Shown: piece by piece, positions 1 to 9,587 of the stretch | Layout: every line of letters begins with the position of its first letter | Position numbering within the stretch: position 1 is the stretch's first letter | Source: a bacterium | GTDB lineage: Bacteria > UBP14 > UBA6098 > B30-G16 | Assembly: GCA_030613005.1 (NCBI GenBank) | Contig: JAUWMV010000005.1 | Coordinates: 33,047 to 65,046 of the forward strand | Length of the DNA: 32,000 nucleotides | Reading direction: 5' to 3' | Notes under the pieces: model-generated | What the model was told of the DNA's origin: nothing | What the model saw: only the letters and a program-made list of their open reading frames with translations | Databases searched by the model: none | Program-made: the position numbers and the translations under genes

Positions 1-2
1 AA

Positions 3-113
3 TTTGCAGACAGTGATGCCTTAATACTACTAACTAATAAAGATGGTTCTGAGATTACAGAACTTACCTTAGGGGAACTTCTACCCAAAGTTTTCAAGTT
101 AGGTGGAAAATGA
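3..113 (+). CDS. 3' end (36 codons) of an unidentified upstream gene, truncated by the window edge
   Basis: Frame 3 is open from the window edge ([36 protein letters not shown]). Its TGA (111-113) overlaps the ATG (110-112) of the next gene as an ATGA coupling overlap. No recognisable motif. Confidence 0.4.
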   Translation, partial: FADSDALILLTNKDGSEITELTLGELLPKVFKLGGK

Positions 114-1228
114 TATCCGTTGCATTTGACGCTAGAATGTTCAGACCTTCGGGAATAGGAACGTATATAAGGAATTTGCTTTGTGAGTATTTAAATATTT
201 CAGATAACTTTATTTTTTCGATAATTGGAAATGAAATAAAACTTAAGGAATTAATTGGTGAATCGAAGAGATTCAAAATTAGGAATACCGACTGCCCAAT
301 ATATTCTATCTCAGAGCATTTCACAATTCCCCGATTAGCAAAAGGTGCAGATATTCTTCACATTCCACATTACAATGTTCCCATATTCTGGCACGGGAAA
401 CTTGTTGTATCGGTAATGGATATGTTGTATTGGGATCATCCGGAATTTATTTCGAGCAAAGCAGGAAAATTTTACCTGAATATTATTTCACGAAAACTTA
501 GAAAAGCAGATTGTATAATTTGTCCTTCAAAATTCACTGCATCACGAGTCATTGAAAATCTAAATTTGCCTGCCAAAAAGGTTTGTGTAGTTAATTTAAG
601 TGCGGATTTTAATCATTTTACTTCTCGGACAAACAATGCAACAAAAGATATTATAGCCAAATATAATCTCGAGTTAAAACGGTATCTTCTATTTGTGAGT
701 AATATGAAGCCTCACAAGAATCTGCAGAGAATTATTAAAGCTTTTTTGATTGCAAAGGAAAAAGGTGTGAAAGATAAACTTGTCCTTATCGGAAGTTCAA
801 AAAATTTACGAGCTGTTGAGAATATGAAAAAACTCATACATAACGGTGATATTATTTACATTGAAAATGTGAATTACAAAGAACTACCATATTTATATTG
901 TGGTGCAAAAGCTTTCATATTTCCATCATTATATGAAGGTTTCGGCATCCCACCATTGGAGGCTATGAGTTGTAGATGCCCTGTTTTGACATCTAATGAA
1001 GCATCACTTCCCGAAGTTGTGGGTGATGCTGCATTAATTGTTGATGCTTACGATATTGAATCTATCGCTAAAGGAATAGCAAGAATTGCTGACGATGTTG
1101 AACTACGTAAGAATCTTATTAACAAAGGTCGTGAGCGTATTAAGCAATTTAATTGGGAAAAAACAGCGATTCAAACTCTTGAAATCTATAAGAAAATAAA
1201 ACAGAATAATGTTACACAAGAAATTTAA
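110..1228 (+). CDS. Glycosyltransferase, GT-B fold, family 4 type (Glycos_transf_1)
   Basis: 372-aa ORF. The C-terminal half carries the GT4 signature [42 protein letters not shown] (E-x7-E motif). ATGA overlap with the upstream ORF. Confidence 0.85.
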   Translation: MISVAFDARMFRPSGIGTYIRNLLCEYLNISDNFIFSIIGNEIKLKELIGESKRFKIRNTDCPIYSISEHFTIPRLAKGADILHIPHYNVPIFWHGKLVVSVMDMLYWDHPEFISSKAGKFYLNIISRKLRKADCIICPSKFTASRVIENLNLPAKKVCVVNLSADFNHFTSRTNNATKDIIAKYNLELKRYLLFVSNMKPHKNLQRIIKAFLIAKEKGVKDKLVLIGSSKNLRAVENMKKLIHNGDIIYIENVNYKELPYLYCGAKAFIFPSLYEGFGIPPLEAMSCRCPVLTSNEASLPEVVGDAALIVDAYDIESIAKGIARIADDVELRKNLINKGRERIKQFNWEKTAIQTLEIYKKIKQNNVTQEI

Positions 1229-2294
1229 CTGTAGGGAAACCCCAAAACAGTATCGGCTGAGTTCATACATGTACAATCTTCCGAAAGAAAAGATTGCACA
1301 GTTTCCTACCAAGCCGCGCGACTCGTCGAAGCTGTTGGTAATCAACCGAAACAGCGATTTAAATGAAACAGTTTTTAATAGATTACCAGAATACTTAAAT
1401 AAAGATGACCTTCTGGTTATTAATGATGTTAAAGTCATACCAGCGAGATTGTATGGGGAAAAATCCACTGGAGCCAATGTTGAGATTTTGCTTCTTGAAA
1501 ATTTGGAGGATTGCATTTGGAAGACGCTTGTTAAACCAGGGAAAAGACTTCCTTTGGGCGCAATAATAAATTTCAGTGGAAAACTCTCAGCGGAGGTTAT
1601 TGATTTGCTCCCGGAAGGTGAAAGAATCCTGAAGTTTTCGATGTCGAAAAGTGAGTTTTTTGAAGAACTAAATAAATTGGGACATATACCTCTTCCCCCA
1701 TACATAAATCGACCGGACATTGAAACAGACAGAACTTCATATCAAACTATTTATGCCGACAAAGTTGGAGCAATTGCTGCACCAACTGCGGGAATGCATT
1801 TCACTCAGCAACTTCTGAACGAAATCAAAGATAAAGGGGTCGAGATTGTTAGAATAACTCTTAATGTTGGCTGGGGAACATTTAAACCTATTAAGACTCC
1901 CGACATTAGAGATCACGTTATGCATAGAGAATTTTTCGAAATAAATTCGAATACAACGGTTGCGATAAACAACGCAAAAAAAGACTATCGACGGGTGATC
2001 GGTGTTGGCACGACAACAGTTAGAGCTCTTGAATCTGTGGCTAAAATTTCTATGCCATTAAAAGCACAGAGAGGATGGTCGGATATTTATATATATCCTG
2101 GTCTTGAATTAAAAGTTGTGGATGTAATGATAACAAATTTTCATCTCCCCGGTTCGTCATTGCTTGTAATGGTTTCCGCCTTTGCAGGTAATGAAATAAT
2201 TCAAAAAGCATATAGATATGCTATCGATAACAATTTCAGGTTTTTTTCTTATGGGGATGCAATGTTATTAGAGAAACAAACGACTAAGACATAA
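1209..2294 (+). CDS. queA: S-adenosylmethionine:tRNA ribosyltransferase-isomerase (queuosine biosynthesis)
   Basis: QueA hallmarks: YNLPKEKIAQFPTKPRDSSKLLV near the N-terminus, GVGTTTVRALES, ITNFHLPGSSLLVMVSAF, and FFSYGDAMLL near the C-terminus. Start uncertain: ATG 1209 overlaps the GT gene by 20 nt, and ATG 1269 is the alternative. Neither has a clear SD. Confidence 0.92.
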   Translation: MLHKKFNCRETPKQYRLSSYMYNLPKEKIAQFPTKPRDSSKLLVINRNSDLNETVFNRLPEYLNKDDLLVINDVKVIPARLYGEKSTGANVEILLLENLEDCIWKTLVKPGKRLPLGAIINFSGKLSAEVIDLLPEGERILKFSMSKSEFFEELNKLGHIPLPPYINRPDIETDRTSYQTIYADKVGAIAAPTAGMHFTQQLLNEIKDKGVEIVRITLNVGWGTFKPIKTPDIRDHVMHREFFEINSNTTVAINNAKKDYRRVIGVGTTTVRALESVAKISMPLKAQRGWSDIYIYPGLELKVVDVMITNFHLPGSSLLVMVSAFAGNEIIQKAYRYAIDNNFRFFSYGDAMLLEKQTTKT

Positions 2295-2326
2295 TCGCTA
2301 AGTTCTGAAGAATAGCTTTACAATAT

Positions 2327-2354
2327 TATTCATATTAATGAATACAAGATTTTT
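2327..2354 (+). terminator. Weak AT-rich hairpin plus T-run between convergent queA and gcvPB
   Basis: tattcat-atta-atgaata (7-bp stem, 2327-2344) followed by caagattttt. The stem is very AT-rich and so marginal. Confidence 0.25.
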
Positions 2355-2378
2355 AATAATAATTTTTGGTTTTGTAAA

Positions 2379-3836
2379 CTATTTCAATGAATCTTTCCAC
2401 TTGAGTATTGGATTCCTGTTAGCCTTAACTTCGTCGAGACGCCTTATAGGTGTATTGAGAGGTGCATCATGAAGTAACTTCGCATCAGTTTCCGCTTCCT
2501 TTTTAATTGCTATCATTGCATCAGCAAATTCCTCGAGCGTTTCTTTGCTTTCTGTCTCTGTAGGCTCGATCATAAGCGCTTCGTGTACTATTAGTGGGAA
2601 ATAAATTGTTGGTGCATGAAAACCATAATCTAAAAGTCGCTTGGCAATATCTAATGTTTTCACACCGTATTTCTTAACTACTTCACCGGATAAGACAAAT
2701 TCATGCATTGGTGTCTCGGTATAGGGAAGTTCATAGTAATCCCGAAGCATTGAAAGCAAATAGTTTGAATTTAAAACTGCATCTTCAGAGACTCGTCGGA
2801 GACCATCGCATCCTAACGATAAAATGTATGCATAAGCTTTAACCATCACTCCAAAGGAACCCCAGAACGCTTGGAGCATTCCCATTGAATCTGGTCTATC
2901 CCAATCGAGTTTGTATTCGCCGGAATCGGATAATGAGACAATAGGTTGCGGTAGAAATTGCGCTAAGTGTTCAGCAACTGAAACTGGACCAGCACCAGGA
3001 CCTCCACCACCATGAGGTGTTGAAAATGTTTTATGTAGATTAAAATGCAATGCATCGATTCCTAAATCACCCGGTCGGACAATCCCTAGAAGTGCGTTCA
3101 TATTAGCTCCATCCATATATAGTTGTGCACCCACCGAGTGAAGCATTTCTGCTACTTTTTTTATGTTACTCTCAAAGATACCTAATGTGTTAGGGTTAGT
3201 TATCATCACAGCAGCAAGGTCCTTATCGAGGTGTTTCTCGAGGGCTTTTAAATCTATTTTTCCGTCGGATCCGGATTTTATCTCAACAGGTTGCCATCCT
3301 GAGAAAACGATAGATGCCGGATTTGTTCCGTGGGATGAGTCGGGCATTACAACCTTTTTTCGTGGGTTTCCCAAATATTCATGGTAGCGACGAATCATAG
3401 ATAAGCCTGCGAATTCACCTTGAGCTCCTGCCGCTGGTTGGAGAGTTATTGCAGTGTGCCCACCTATTTTGCAAAAAGCTTCTCCAAGCTTATGCATCAA
3501 TTCAAGTGCACCTTGGCATAATTTATCGGGTGCAGCGGGATGTAGATTGATGAATCCTGGATTTGCAGCAAGACGTTCGTTTAATTTAGGATTGAATTTC
3601 ATCGTGCATGAACCGAGAGGATAAAATCCCTTATCTACATGGTGATTCTTTGTGGAAAGCTCAATGAAGTGCCTTATAACCTGTGGCTCAGAAAGCTGAG
3701 GGAGTTCGTTGTCGCTATCGCGCAGCATCAAGGATTGAATGTTTTCTTTTAGATTACATTCCGGTACTTTTCTCTTTGGTAATTGAATCCCAATTCTGTC
3801 TTCTTTGCTTAATTCCCACAAAAGCTTGGTTTTCAT
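2379..3836 (-). CDS. gcvPB: Glycine dehydrogenase (aminomethyl-transferring) subunit 2, glycine cleavage P-protein beta
   Basis: 485-aa ORF with the PLP-lysine region HFNLHKTFSTPHGGGGPGAGP and the length typical of GcvPB. SD-like GGGGA lies 5 nt upstream of the ATG. Only 12 nt separate it from the upstream gene. Confidence 0.95.
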   Translation of the reverse strand: MKTKLLWELSKEDRIGIQLPKRKVPECNLKENIQSLMLRDSDNELPQLSEPQVIRHFIELSTKNHHVDKGFYPLGSCTMKFNPKLNERLAANPGFINLHPAAPDKLCQGALELMHKLGEAFCKIGGHTAITLQPAAGAQGEFAGLSMIRRYHEYLGNPRKKVVMPDSSHGTNPASIVFSGWQPVEIKSGSDGKIDLKALEKHLDKDLAAVMITNPNTLGIFESNIKKVAEMLHSVGAQLYMDGANMNALLGIVRPGDLGIDALHFNLHKTFSTPHGGGGPGAGPVSVAEHLAQFLPQPIVSLSDSGEYKLDWDRPDSMGMLQAFWGSFGVMVKAYAYILSLGCDGLRRVSEDAVLNSNYLLSMLRDYYELPYTETPMHEFVLSGEVVKKYGVKTLDIAKRLLDYGFHAPTIYFPLIVHEALMIEPTETESKETLEEFADAMIAIKKEAETDAKLLHDAPLNTPIRRLDEVKANRNPILKWKDSLK

Positions 3837-3848
3837 TATTTTCCCCGA

Positions 3849-5585
3849 TTATTTATTCTCATTCACTAGGAAATATTCATTGTATTCTTCATTATTGAGT
3901 AAAATTTCCACAGCTTTAAGAACTGCTGGATCTGTTTTGAGTACAATTTGCCTATAGAGTTCCTTTTCACCGAAAAGGTTTCTGACAATTTCTCTTTTAA
4001 TTCCTCTTTTTATATATGGAATACTCCTGTTGAATTCCTGTTCTTTTTCATGCTCGATTTGTTCGCAAAAGTTATTGTAAGCAAGCATCGTAGATTCTGT
4101 GAAACTATCTAATACAGCTATAGAATCAAGTGTTTCAGCAAGTTCTTCGGCTCTGCTTTTGTAAGTGAACTTTTTCTCCTTAAGGAATTCTCTGAAATCG
4201 TTTATAATGTCATCGGTAACTTCAAATTTGGGTGAATTGAATAGTTTCTCATGTTTAGCGGTATATTTCACTACAAAATCAAAAAAGAATGCTTTGCGCT
4301 CTAATGCTGCTTCAATTCTCTTAATAATGGGATTTTCAAAATGAATATCCGGTGTAATGCCACCTCCACCGTAAACAATTCTTCCGCTTTCTGTATAAAA
4401 AACCGGTTTTTCATTAACTCCTGTAGAATCTGTATCGGGTGGTTCTGGTTTGATTAACCAATTCCACGGATCAAGAGTATCCAAATCTACAGCTTCTGTG
4501 GAAGTTATAATTGCGCTTTTAGGATTTTTCAGATAATCCTCGCGTTGAATACATCTACCGCTTGGTATATAATATTTTGCAGTGCTTATCTTTAGGGCTG
4601 CACCTTGTGGTAACCTTCTTACACTCTGCACCAAACCTTTGCCGAATGTTGTCGTTCCTAAAACCAAACCTCTGTCGTGGTCTTGAATTGCTCCTGCAAC
4701 AATCTCGGAGGCTGATGCGCTTCCAACATTGACTAAAACAATCAATGGTCCATTTCGATATATACCATTGTTCTCGGTGTAGAATTGACGCGTTTCGAAT
4801 TCGCTCTTACCCTGTGTATAAACTACCAAGGAATTCTCTTGAAGAAACAGATTCGATACAGCAATAGCTTGTTGAAGAAGTCCACCTGAATTGCCTCGAA
4901 GATCTAGAATGATACCTTTAGTTTTCTTCGAGCGTAATTTTTGAAGTCCTTCCTTGAGCTGTGATGTAGCCAATTCTGAGAATTGGGAAAGTCGAATATA
5001 ACCAATATTGCTCTCAGTTACTCCATAGAACGGAACAGGATTAATTACAATTATGTCACGTGTTATTGTTACGTCGAATGGTTCTGGTTCACCCTCACGT
5101 TCAATTGTTATTGTAACATCTGTTCCCGGTTCACCTCGAAGCTTAAGAATTGCCTGATCTGTGGTTATTCCCCATGTGGATTCGCCTTCAATCTTTACAA
5201 TTTGATCTCCAGCATGAATGCCTTTTCGAAATGCAGGTGTACCCTCCATCGGTGCGATAACTGTTAGCCAATTATTTCTTATACTGATTTGTATTCCCAA
5301 ACCTCCAAATTTACCTTTTGTTTCTATGTCTAAATCTGAGAGATGTTTGGGAATCATGAATACCGTATGGGGATCAAGAGTAGATGTAATACCGTCTATT
5401 GCGCCCTTGATCAGTTTTCTATAGTCGACCGGATCCACGTAATCCCTATTAATTGTTGAGAATACGCTTTCAAGAAGTTTAAACTGCTTGAAAATTGTAT
5501 TCGCCGGACCAGTAAATGCATAAGCTATGGCTAAAATACCAAGTATTGCAAGTACTGTGAATAAATATGAAAGACGTTTACTCAT
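3849..5585 (-). CDS. ctp: S41 family C-terminal processing (tail-specific) protease, membrane-anchored
   Basis: 578 aa. N-terminal anchor LSYLFTVLAILGILAIAYAF, PDZ segment (GGLGIQI...GDQIVKIEG), S41 Ser/Lys context LVNVGSASASEIVAGA...TTFGKGLVQ, and GGGGITPDI. About 170 aa of helical C-terminal extension. SD GAGGAGG lies 6 nt upstream. Confidence 0.9.
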   Translation of the reverse strand: MSKRLSYLFTVLAILGILAIAYAFTGPANTIFKQFKLLESVFSTINRDYVDPVDYRKLIKGAIDGITSTLDPHTVFMIPKHLSDLDIETKGKFGGLGIQISIRNNWLTVIAPMEGTPAFRKGIHAGDQIVKIEGESTWGITTDQAILKLRGEPGTDVTITIEREGEPEPFDVTITRDIIVINPVPFYGVTESNIGYIRLSQFSELATSQLKEGLQKLRSKKTKGIILDLRGNSGGLLQQAIAVSNLFLQENSLVVYTQGKSEFETRQFYTENNGIYRNGPLIVLVNVGSASASEIVAGAIQDHDRGLVLGTTTFGKGLVQSVRRLPQGAALKISTAKYYIPSGRCIQREDYLKNPKSAIITSTEAVDLDTLDPWNWLIKPEPPDTDSTGVNEKPVFYTESGRIVYGGGGITPDIHFENPIIKRIEAALERKAFFFDFVVKYTAKHEKLFNSPKFEVTDDIINDFREFLKEKKFTYKSRAEELAETLDSIAVLDSFTESTMLAYNNFCEQIEHEKEQEFNRSIPYIKRGIKREIVRNLFGEKELYRQIVLKTDPAVLKAVEILLNNEEYNEYFLVNENK

Positions 5586-5602
5586 CGTTTACCTCCTCGT
5601 CA

Positions 5603-7507
5603 TCACACAATTTTCTTGAAAAGGACAATTCGGTTGCCCTTTTTCATAAATGTTTTAATTAGCTCTTTATAATCCTTGTATTTTTCCGGTGAAACCCGAC
5701 ATTTTTCAAGTTCGAATTCCACTGTATACTCGATTGTATTATCAATATTATTTCCATATATAATAACATTTCCGAATTGATTGTCAATTTTCTGTTCCGG
5801 TGGAGCATAAACTAATTCATATCCCATTGGGAAGTTTATTTTATATTTAAAGATAACTTTTTGTGGTAAAGTGTTATATAACGGGAAATCACGGCTTTGC
5901 TCTGTAATTGCTGGGTATGATAACAGCATAAAAGGTGCATCAGGAAACCATAATAGCGCCATTTCTCCTTGGAACATCATATAATTATCTATAGTGAAGC
6001 CCAACTTTGCATTTACAGGACCTGTGTTTGTTTCTATACCTCTAAGCAGTGTATCTGGCACAAGGTTGGCTCCGGAGGAAATATTTGATGCTGCTTCCTG
6101 AAAAAGCTGTTTGACCTTTCTCTTCTTTTGATCTCTGAATTTAGCTCGCATGTACATTGCTGGAATTCCAGAGCATTCGAGAGTAACAGTGCCTGATGCT
6201 TTTCCGTCAGGAGTGATATTTATATCAAAATTATAAGTTGCGTTGCCATCTGAAGCTTTTAACAGGTCGGTTTGAATTAACTCACCTTTCTCAGGATCGA
6301 TAATAAGTGATTTCTCACCAGATGCTCTTCCTAAAAATCCCACATCAGCGTATCTCTGTGAAGGATATAAAAAGTACTTTTTACCATCGAGCCATACAAT
6401 TACTAAAAACTCATTCATTTGATAAGACATAGGTATATCATAGATTCTTGCACCATAGGAGGTAACTAATGCTAATGATGCATCGATCCCGATAGCTCTG
6501 AGCATCGCAGCAAGTAGAACAGACAAGTCTTTCGAGTCTCCACTTCCGTTCTCGAGTATCTTGGGTGCGGTATAGGGTTCATAACCAAAGTATTCTGGTC
6601 GAGTATCGATCTGTGTGAAATTCTGTTGAATATAGAAAAGAATAGCAGATATAGCTTCTTTTCCCTTTTTATCACCTACAATTTTTTCCGTCGCTGATTT
6701 AATTTTTTCATTAACTACGATTTTTGGTTCAGTAATTTTTGAAATTTTTGCAGATTCGTCCATCCAGGTTTTGGATAAGGAGTATAGTATTGTCGGGAAA
6801 ACTTCTCTTAACGATGGTGTGTTATTTTCTATATTCTCGCCTTTATAGTCAGTAATTTCCCAAATTAAGCTGGTTGCGTTTTTTCTCGATTTAGGTGCTC
6901 CGCTTATAGATTTCCATGTTAGTTCAACACCTTTTGAAAATTTAACCTCATAAAATCTTTTCCTTGTCGGGGGCTCATCAACCAGAACAACTAACTTCCC
7001 AAATGGCATGGAAGTATTTGTGTCGGTTTTAACAATTGCATGAATTTCGACAACAGACGATTCCGAAACTGCTGGTAATGAGATGACTTTCTGTTGAAAG
7101 TCACCGTACATAGCTGCATCGGAATAATTTGGATGAGAAATATCGTTGACTGATTTTTCATTAACGGGAATAACAGCATTGCTATTAATAGTTCTTGCGC
7201 GAATAAGTTCAACTTTCTGGAAATCGGCATTGAAATTTATTTTGTAGTTTGATAGTTCTCTTTTCCCAGCGAAATTATACAGCTTCGCTAAGAAGTAAAT
7301 CTCCCTATTATATGAACCATCGGGGCTCAGAGTAACAATGGTGCTCTCGGTAATTACATAGTAATTTGCATTAGGAAAATTTTCAGCAGGTGGGACCTGT
7401 GCCATCAATTTCGCCAAGTCCTCGGAGATTACTGTATCTGCGGATAGATCAACTGCATAAATTGATGATACTATTAATATTAATGTTAGATAAAATATCT
7501 TTTTCAT
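5603..7507 (-). CDS. Exported DUF3857 / transglutaminase-core-like / DUF3858 protein, predicted catalytically inactive paralogue
   Basis: 634 aa. Signal peptide MKKIFYLTLILIVSSIYA. The central segment ENGSGDSKDLSVLLAAMLRAIGIDA aligns by eye to the SGVCKD core of the neighbouring paralogue but has Ser (TCG, 6533-6535) where the nucleophile Cys is expected. The C-terminal part shares the ...YKDYKELIKTF... pattern with the paralogue. Family assigned from memory of the architecture, with no search run. Confidence 0.75.
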   Translation of the reverse strand: MKKIFYLTLILIVSSIYAVDLSADTVISEDLAKLMAQVPPAENFPNANYYVITESTIVTLSPDGSYNREIYFLAKLYNFAGKRELSNYKINFNADFQKVELIRARTINSNAVIPVNEKSVNDISHPNYSDAAMYGDFQQKVISLPAVSESSVVEIHAIVKTDTNTSMPFGKLVVLVDEPPTRKRFYEVKFSKGVELTWKSISGAPKSRKNATSLIWEITDYKGENIENNTPSLREVFPTILYSLSKTWMDESAKISKITEPKIVVNEKIKSATEKIVGDKKGKEAISAILFYIQQNFTQIDTRPEYFGYEPYTAPKILENGSGDSKDLSVLLAAMLRAIGIDASLALVTSYGARIYDIPMSYQMNEFLVIVWLDGKKYFLYPSQRYADVGFLGRASGEKSLIIDPEKGELIQTDLLKASDGNATYNFDINITPDGKASGTVTLECSGIPAMYMRAKFRDQKKRKVKQLFQEAASNISSGANLVPDTLLRGIETNTGPVNAKLGFTIDNYMMFQGEMALLWFPDAPFMLLSYPAITEQSRDFPLYNTLPQKVIFKYKINFPMGYELVYAPPEQKIDNQFGNVIIYGNNIDNTIEYTVEFELEKCRVSPEKYKDYKELIKTFMKKGNRIVLFKKIV

Positions 7508-7528
7508 ATCAGTCTCCCATTATAAGAC

Positions 7529-9571
7529 CTATAAACGATGGTCTTTTATACTCAAAATCAACATACCCTTTCGGGATGTTCTATAATTATTGAATGCTTC
7601 GCGGAAATCTTTGTAATCATCGAGAGGTATGTCGATTTCGCTAAGAATTGTCTTACTTATATAAATTACATTTTTCCCATCGATATCATACTTAGTGTCA
7701 AATTTGAAAAATTTATTGTTAATATCTGCAGATTCAGGTAAACTCACCAGAACATATTCATCAGTGAGTTCAATCGTTTCACTAATGTCTAATCGATATG
7801 GTGCAATAAGCCTTACAGGAAGATTCCTATCCTGTAAAGAGATTGCCTGATCAATGTTCATCGATAGAAGATCGAAAACCTGAGAAGCCAAAGAAGGTTG
7901 AAAAAGAAGGTAATCTCCAGCAAAAACTGCATATTCAGGAATTTTATATTCTATAATGAATTTAGCAGGTTCTGTAAGGTCGGTTACAGGATCGGGATAA
8001 ATTTTAAAATCGATTAATTCAGCGTTCGGGTCTATTTCAGTTATAAATCTGCTGATGAATCTTCTCCTATCATCTTCGGTTTGAATATAATGTCCAATTT
8101 GCCGTAATATCTCATCTGACAATCCCATACCGGTATATTCAATTTTACCAGTTAGATTTCCCTCATTGTCGATTTTAGTTACTGCGATAATTTTTCCCTC
8201 ATTGTGCTTGGGTTCGAACAGTGGGAAATACTTCAAATTTTCGCCTTTCTCAGTTAGAACTAAGAATCCGTATTTGCTGTAATGTCCAGGCAATAAATCG
8301 ATGCAAACGTCGTCGGTAACATCGATGAAAATCTCACGTCCGTCTTTAAGTCTTGCTAATGCGATCTGATGATTAAACTGGTTCATTGCTACATCGGAAA
8401 TAACATATCCCTGAACGTTTATGAGTACATTGTATGCTTCGATGCCAGCTTCTCTCAGCATAGCAACCGCTAAAGCTGCAACATCTTTGCATACACCAGA
8501 ACGAGCTTTGAAGGTTTCGTTAACATCGTGAGGTGTTATCCCTTCTTTGTCAGCCATTTGAATCCCGACATATCGAATGTCCTGCGCAACAAAGAGACTT
8601 ATAGCTCTAACAGAGTCGTATTCTGTTTTGCACGTTTCCACGAGGGCTTTTACTATAGACTTAAGCTCTGGATCTGTGATTTTCATAGGTGATTCGGTAT
8701 TTTCCCAATTCATTCTCGAATACTCCGACCAATCTACGTTTGAAAAGAGCATTAGTGGAACGAACATATTTCCAGGGGGCATAGAGGGTTCAGGAACAAT
8801 TGGAGGAACAGAATCGACTTCGAATTTCAACACATGATAATCTTTCCAATCATATTCAGAGAATTTTACAATACTATCATTATCATTTATGATTTTGTAA
8901 TTTATTTCATCAAATTTTGATTTTGGGATTAGAAATATTTCTTCAGCGTGATTCATAAACTCTGTACTTTGAAAACCAGCACCAGACGAAATCAGACCTT
9001 CATTATACGGCTTTTTAAACTTATAAGCGTAAGATATTGCAATAGCATCACCCATTCGAATCTGGGGCATGTTTACGATTTTCATTCTAAGGTTTGTCCA
9101 ATATATGTCCATTTCTGCAACACCCGCGCTGTTAACTCTGTCTATTATCAGGCTGTCAGGTACAATTTCAATAGTTGAGTCGGGGTGTATAACCATTGCA
9201 TAAACAATTTCCACATCCATCATTTGTTGATCGTATGGGAATTCGAAACTGTTGTAATTTCGGATACCTTGAATTGTAATGGGTTTGATTAAGTTGAAAG
9301 AATAGTTATCCATTCGACCGTTCTCGTCGAAAATTGTGCTGTCCTTAAGATCGATCATAATTGCATGTGTATTAGAAACGGTAAATTCATCCCCAGAACT
9401 TTCAATTTTTTTCATAAGTTCAGCTGGAGCACGTTTAAATTTGGGTTTTGCAAATCCCAATTTCCCTCGATTTGCTGAGGAAGTGGCACAACCCGTTAGG
9501 ATCGATAAGGTGACTACAACAAGGAAAAAGGTCTTAAAAGTTTTTATTATTTTTCTCTGATTACTAAACAT
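7529..9571 (-). CDS. Lipoprotein, DUF3857 / transglutaminase-like putative cysteine protease / DUF3858
   Basis: 680 aa. Lipoprotein signal ...FFLVVVTLSILTGC (lipobox LTGC). Transglutaminase-core candidates for the Cys-His-Asp triad: SGVCKDVAALAVAMLREAGIEA (Cys codon 8489-8491), NHQIALA and FIDVTD. SD GGAGGAG lies upstream. Confidence 0.8.
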   Translation of the reverse strand: MFSNQRKIIKTFKTFFLVVVTLSILTGCATSSANRGKLGFAKPKFKRAPAELMKKIESSGDEFTVSNTHAIMIDLKDSTIFDENGRMDNYSFNLIKPITIQGIRNYNSFEFPYDQQMMDVEIVYAMVIHPDSTIEIVPDSLIIDRVNSAGVAEMDIYWTNLRMKIVNMPQIRMGDAIAISYAYKFKKPYNEGLISSGAGFQSTEFMNHAEEIFLIPKSKFDEINYKIINDNDSIVKFSEYDWKDYHVLKFEVDSVPPIVPEPSMPPGNMFVPLMLFSNVDWSEYSRMNWENTESPMKITDPELKSIVKALVETCKTEYDSVRAISLFVAQDIRYVGIQMADKEGITPHDVNETFKARSGVCKDVAALAVAMLREAGIEAYNVLINVQGYVISDVAMNQFNHQIALARLKDGREIFIDVTDDVCIDLLPGHYSKYGFLVLTEKGENLKYFPLFEPKHNEGKIIAVTKIDNEGNLTGKIEYTGMGLSDEILRQIGHYIQTEDDRRRFISRFITEIDPNAELIDFKIYPDPVTDLTEPAKFIIEYKIPEYAVFAGDYLLFQPSLASQVFDLLSMNIDQAISLQDRNLPVRLIAPYRLDISETIELTDEYVLVSLPESADINNKFFKFDTKYDIDGKNVIYISKTILSEIDIPLDDYKDFREAFNNYRTSRKGMLILSIKDHRL

Positions 9572-9587
9572 AAACTCCTCCAGTAAA

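Noticed and set aside
1103-1720. 205-aa minus-strand ORF overlapping the GT4 3' end and queA
   Set aside because: It lies entirely antisense to two genes with clear family motifs, has a low-complexity Ser/Phe/Leu-rich translation, and has no SD. This is typical shadow-ORF behaviour in AT-rich DNA.
8211-8218. GGTTCGAA T-loop-like strings (also at 12544-12551) as hints of tRNA genes
   Set aside because: Both lie inside long, well-supported CDS. There are no flanking acceptor or anticodon stems, so these are chance occurrences.
3849-9571. The gcvPA/gcvPB insert as a mobile element or genomic island
   Set aside because: No integrase, transposase or tRNA is present, and I saw no flanking direct or inverted repeats at 9572-9587 versus 3837-3848. 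Composition and SD usage look the same as in the flanking genes.
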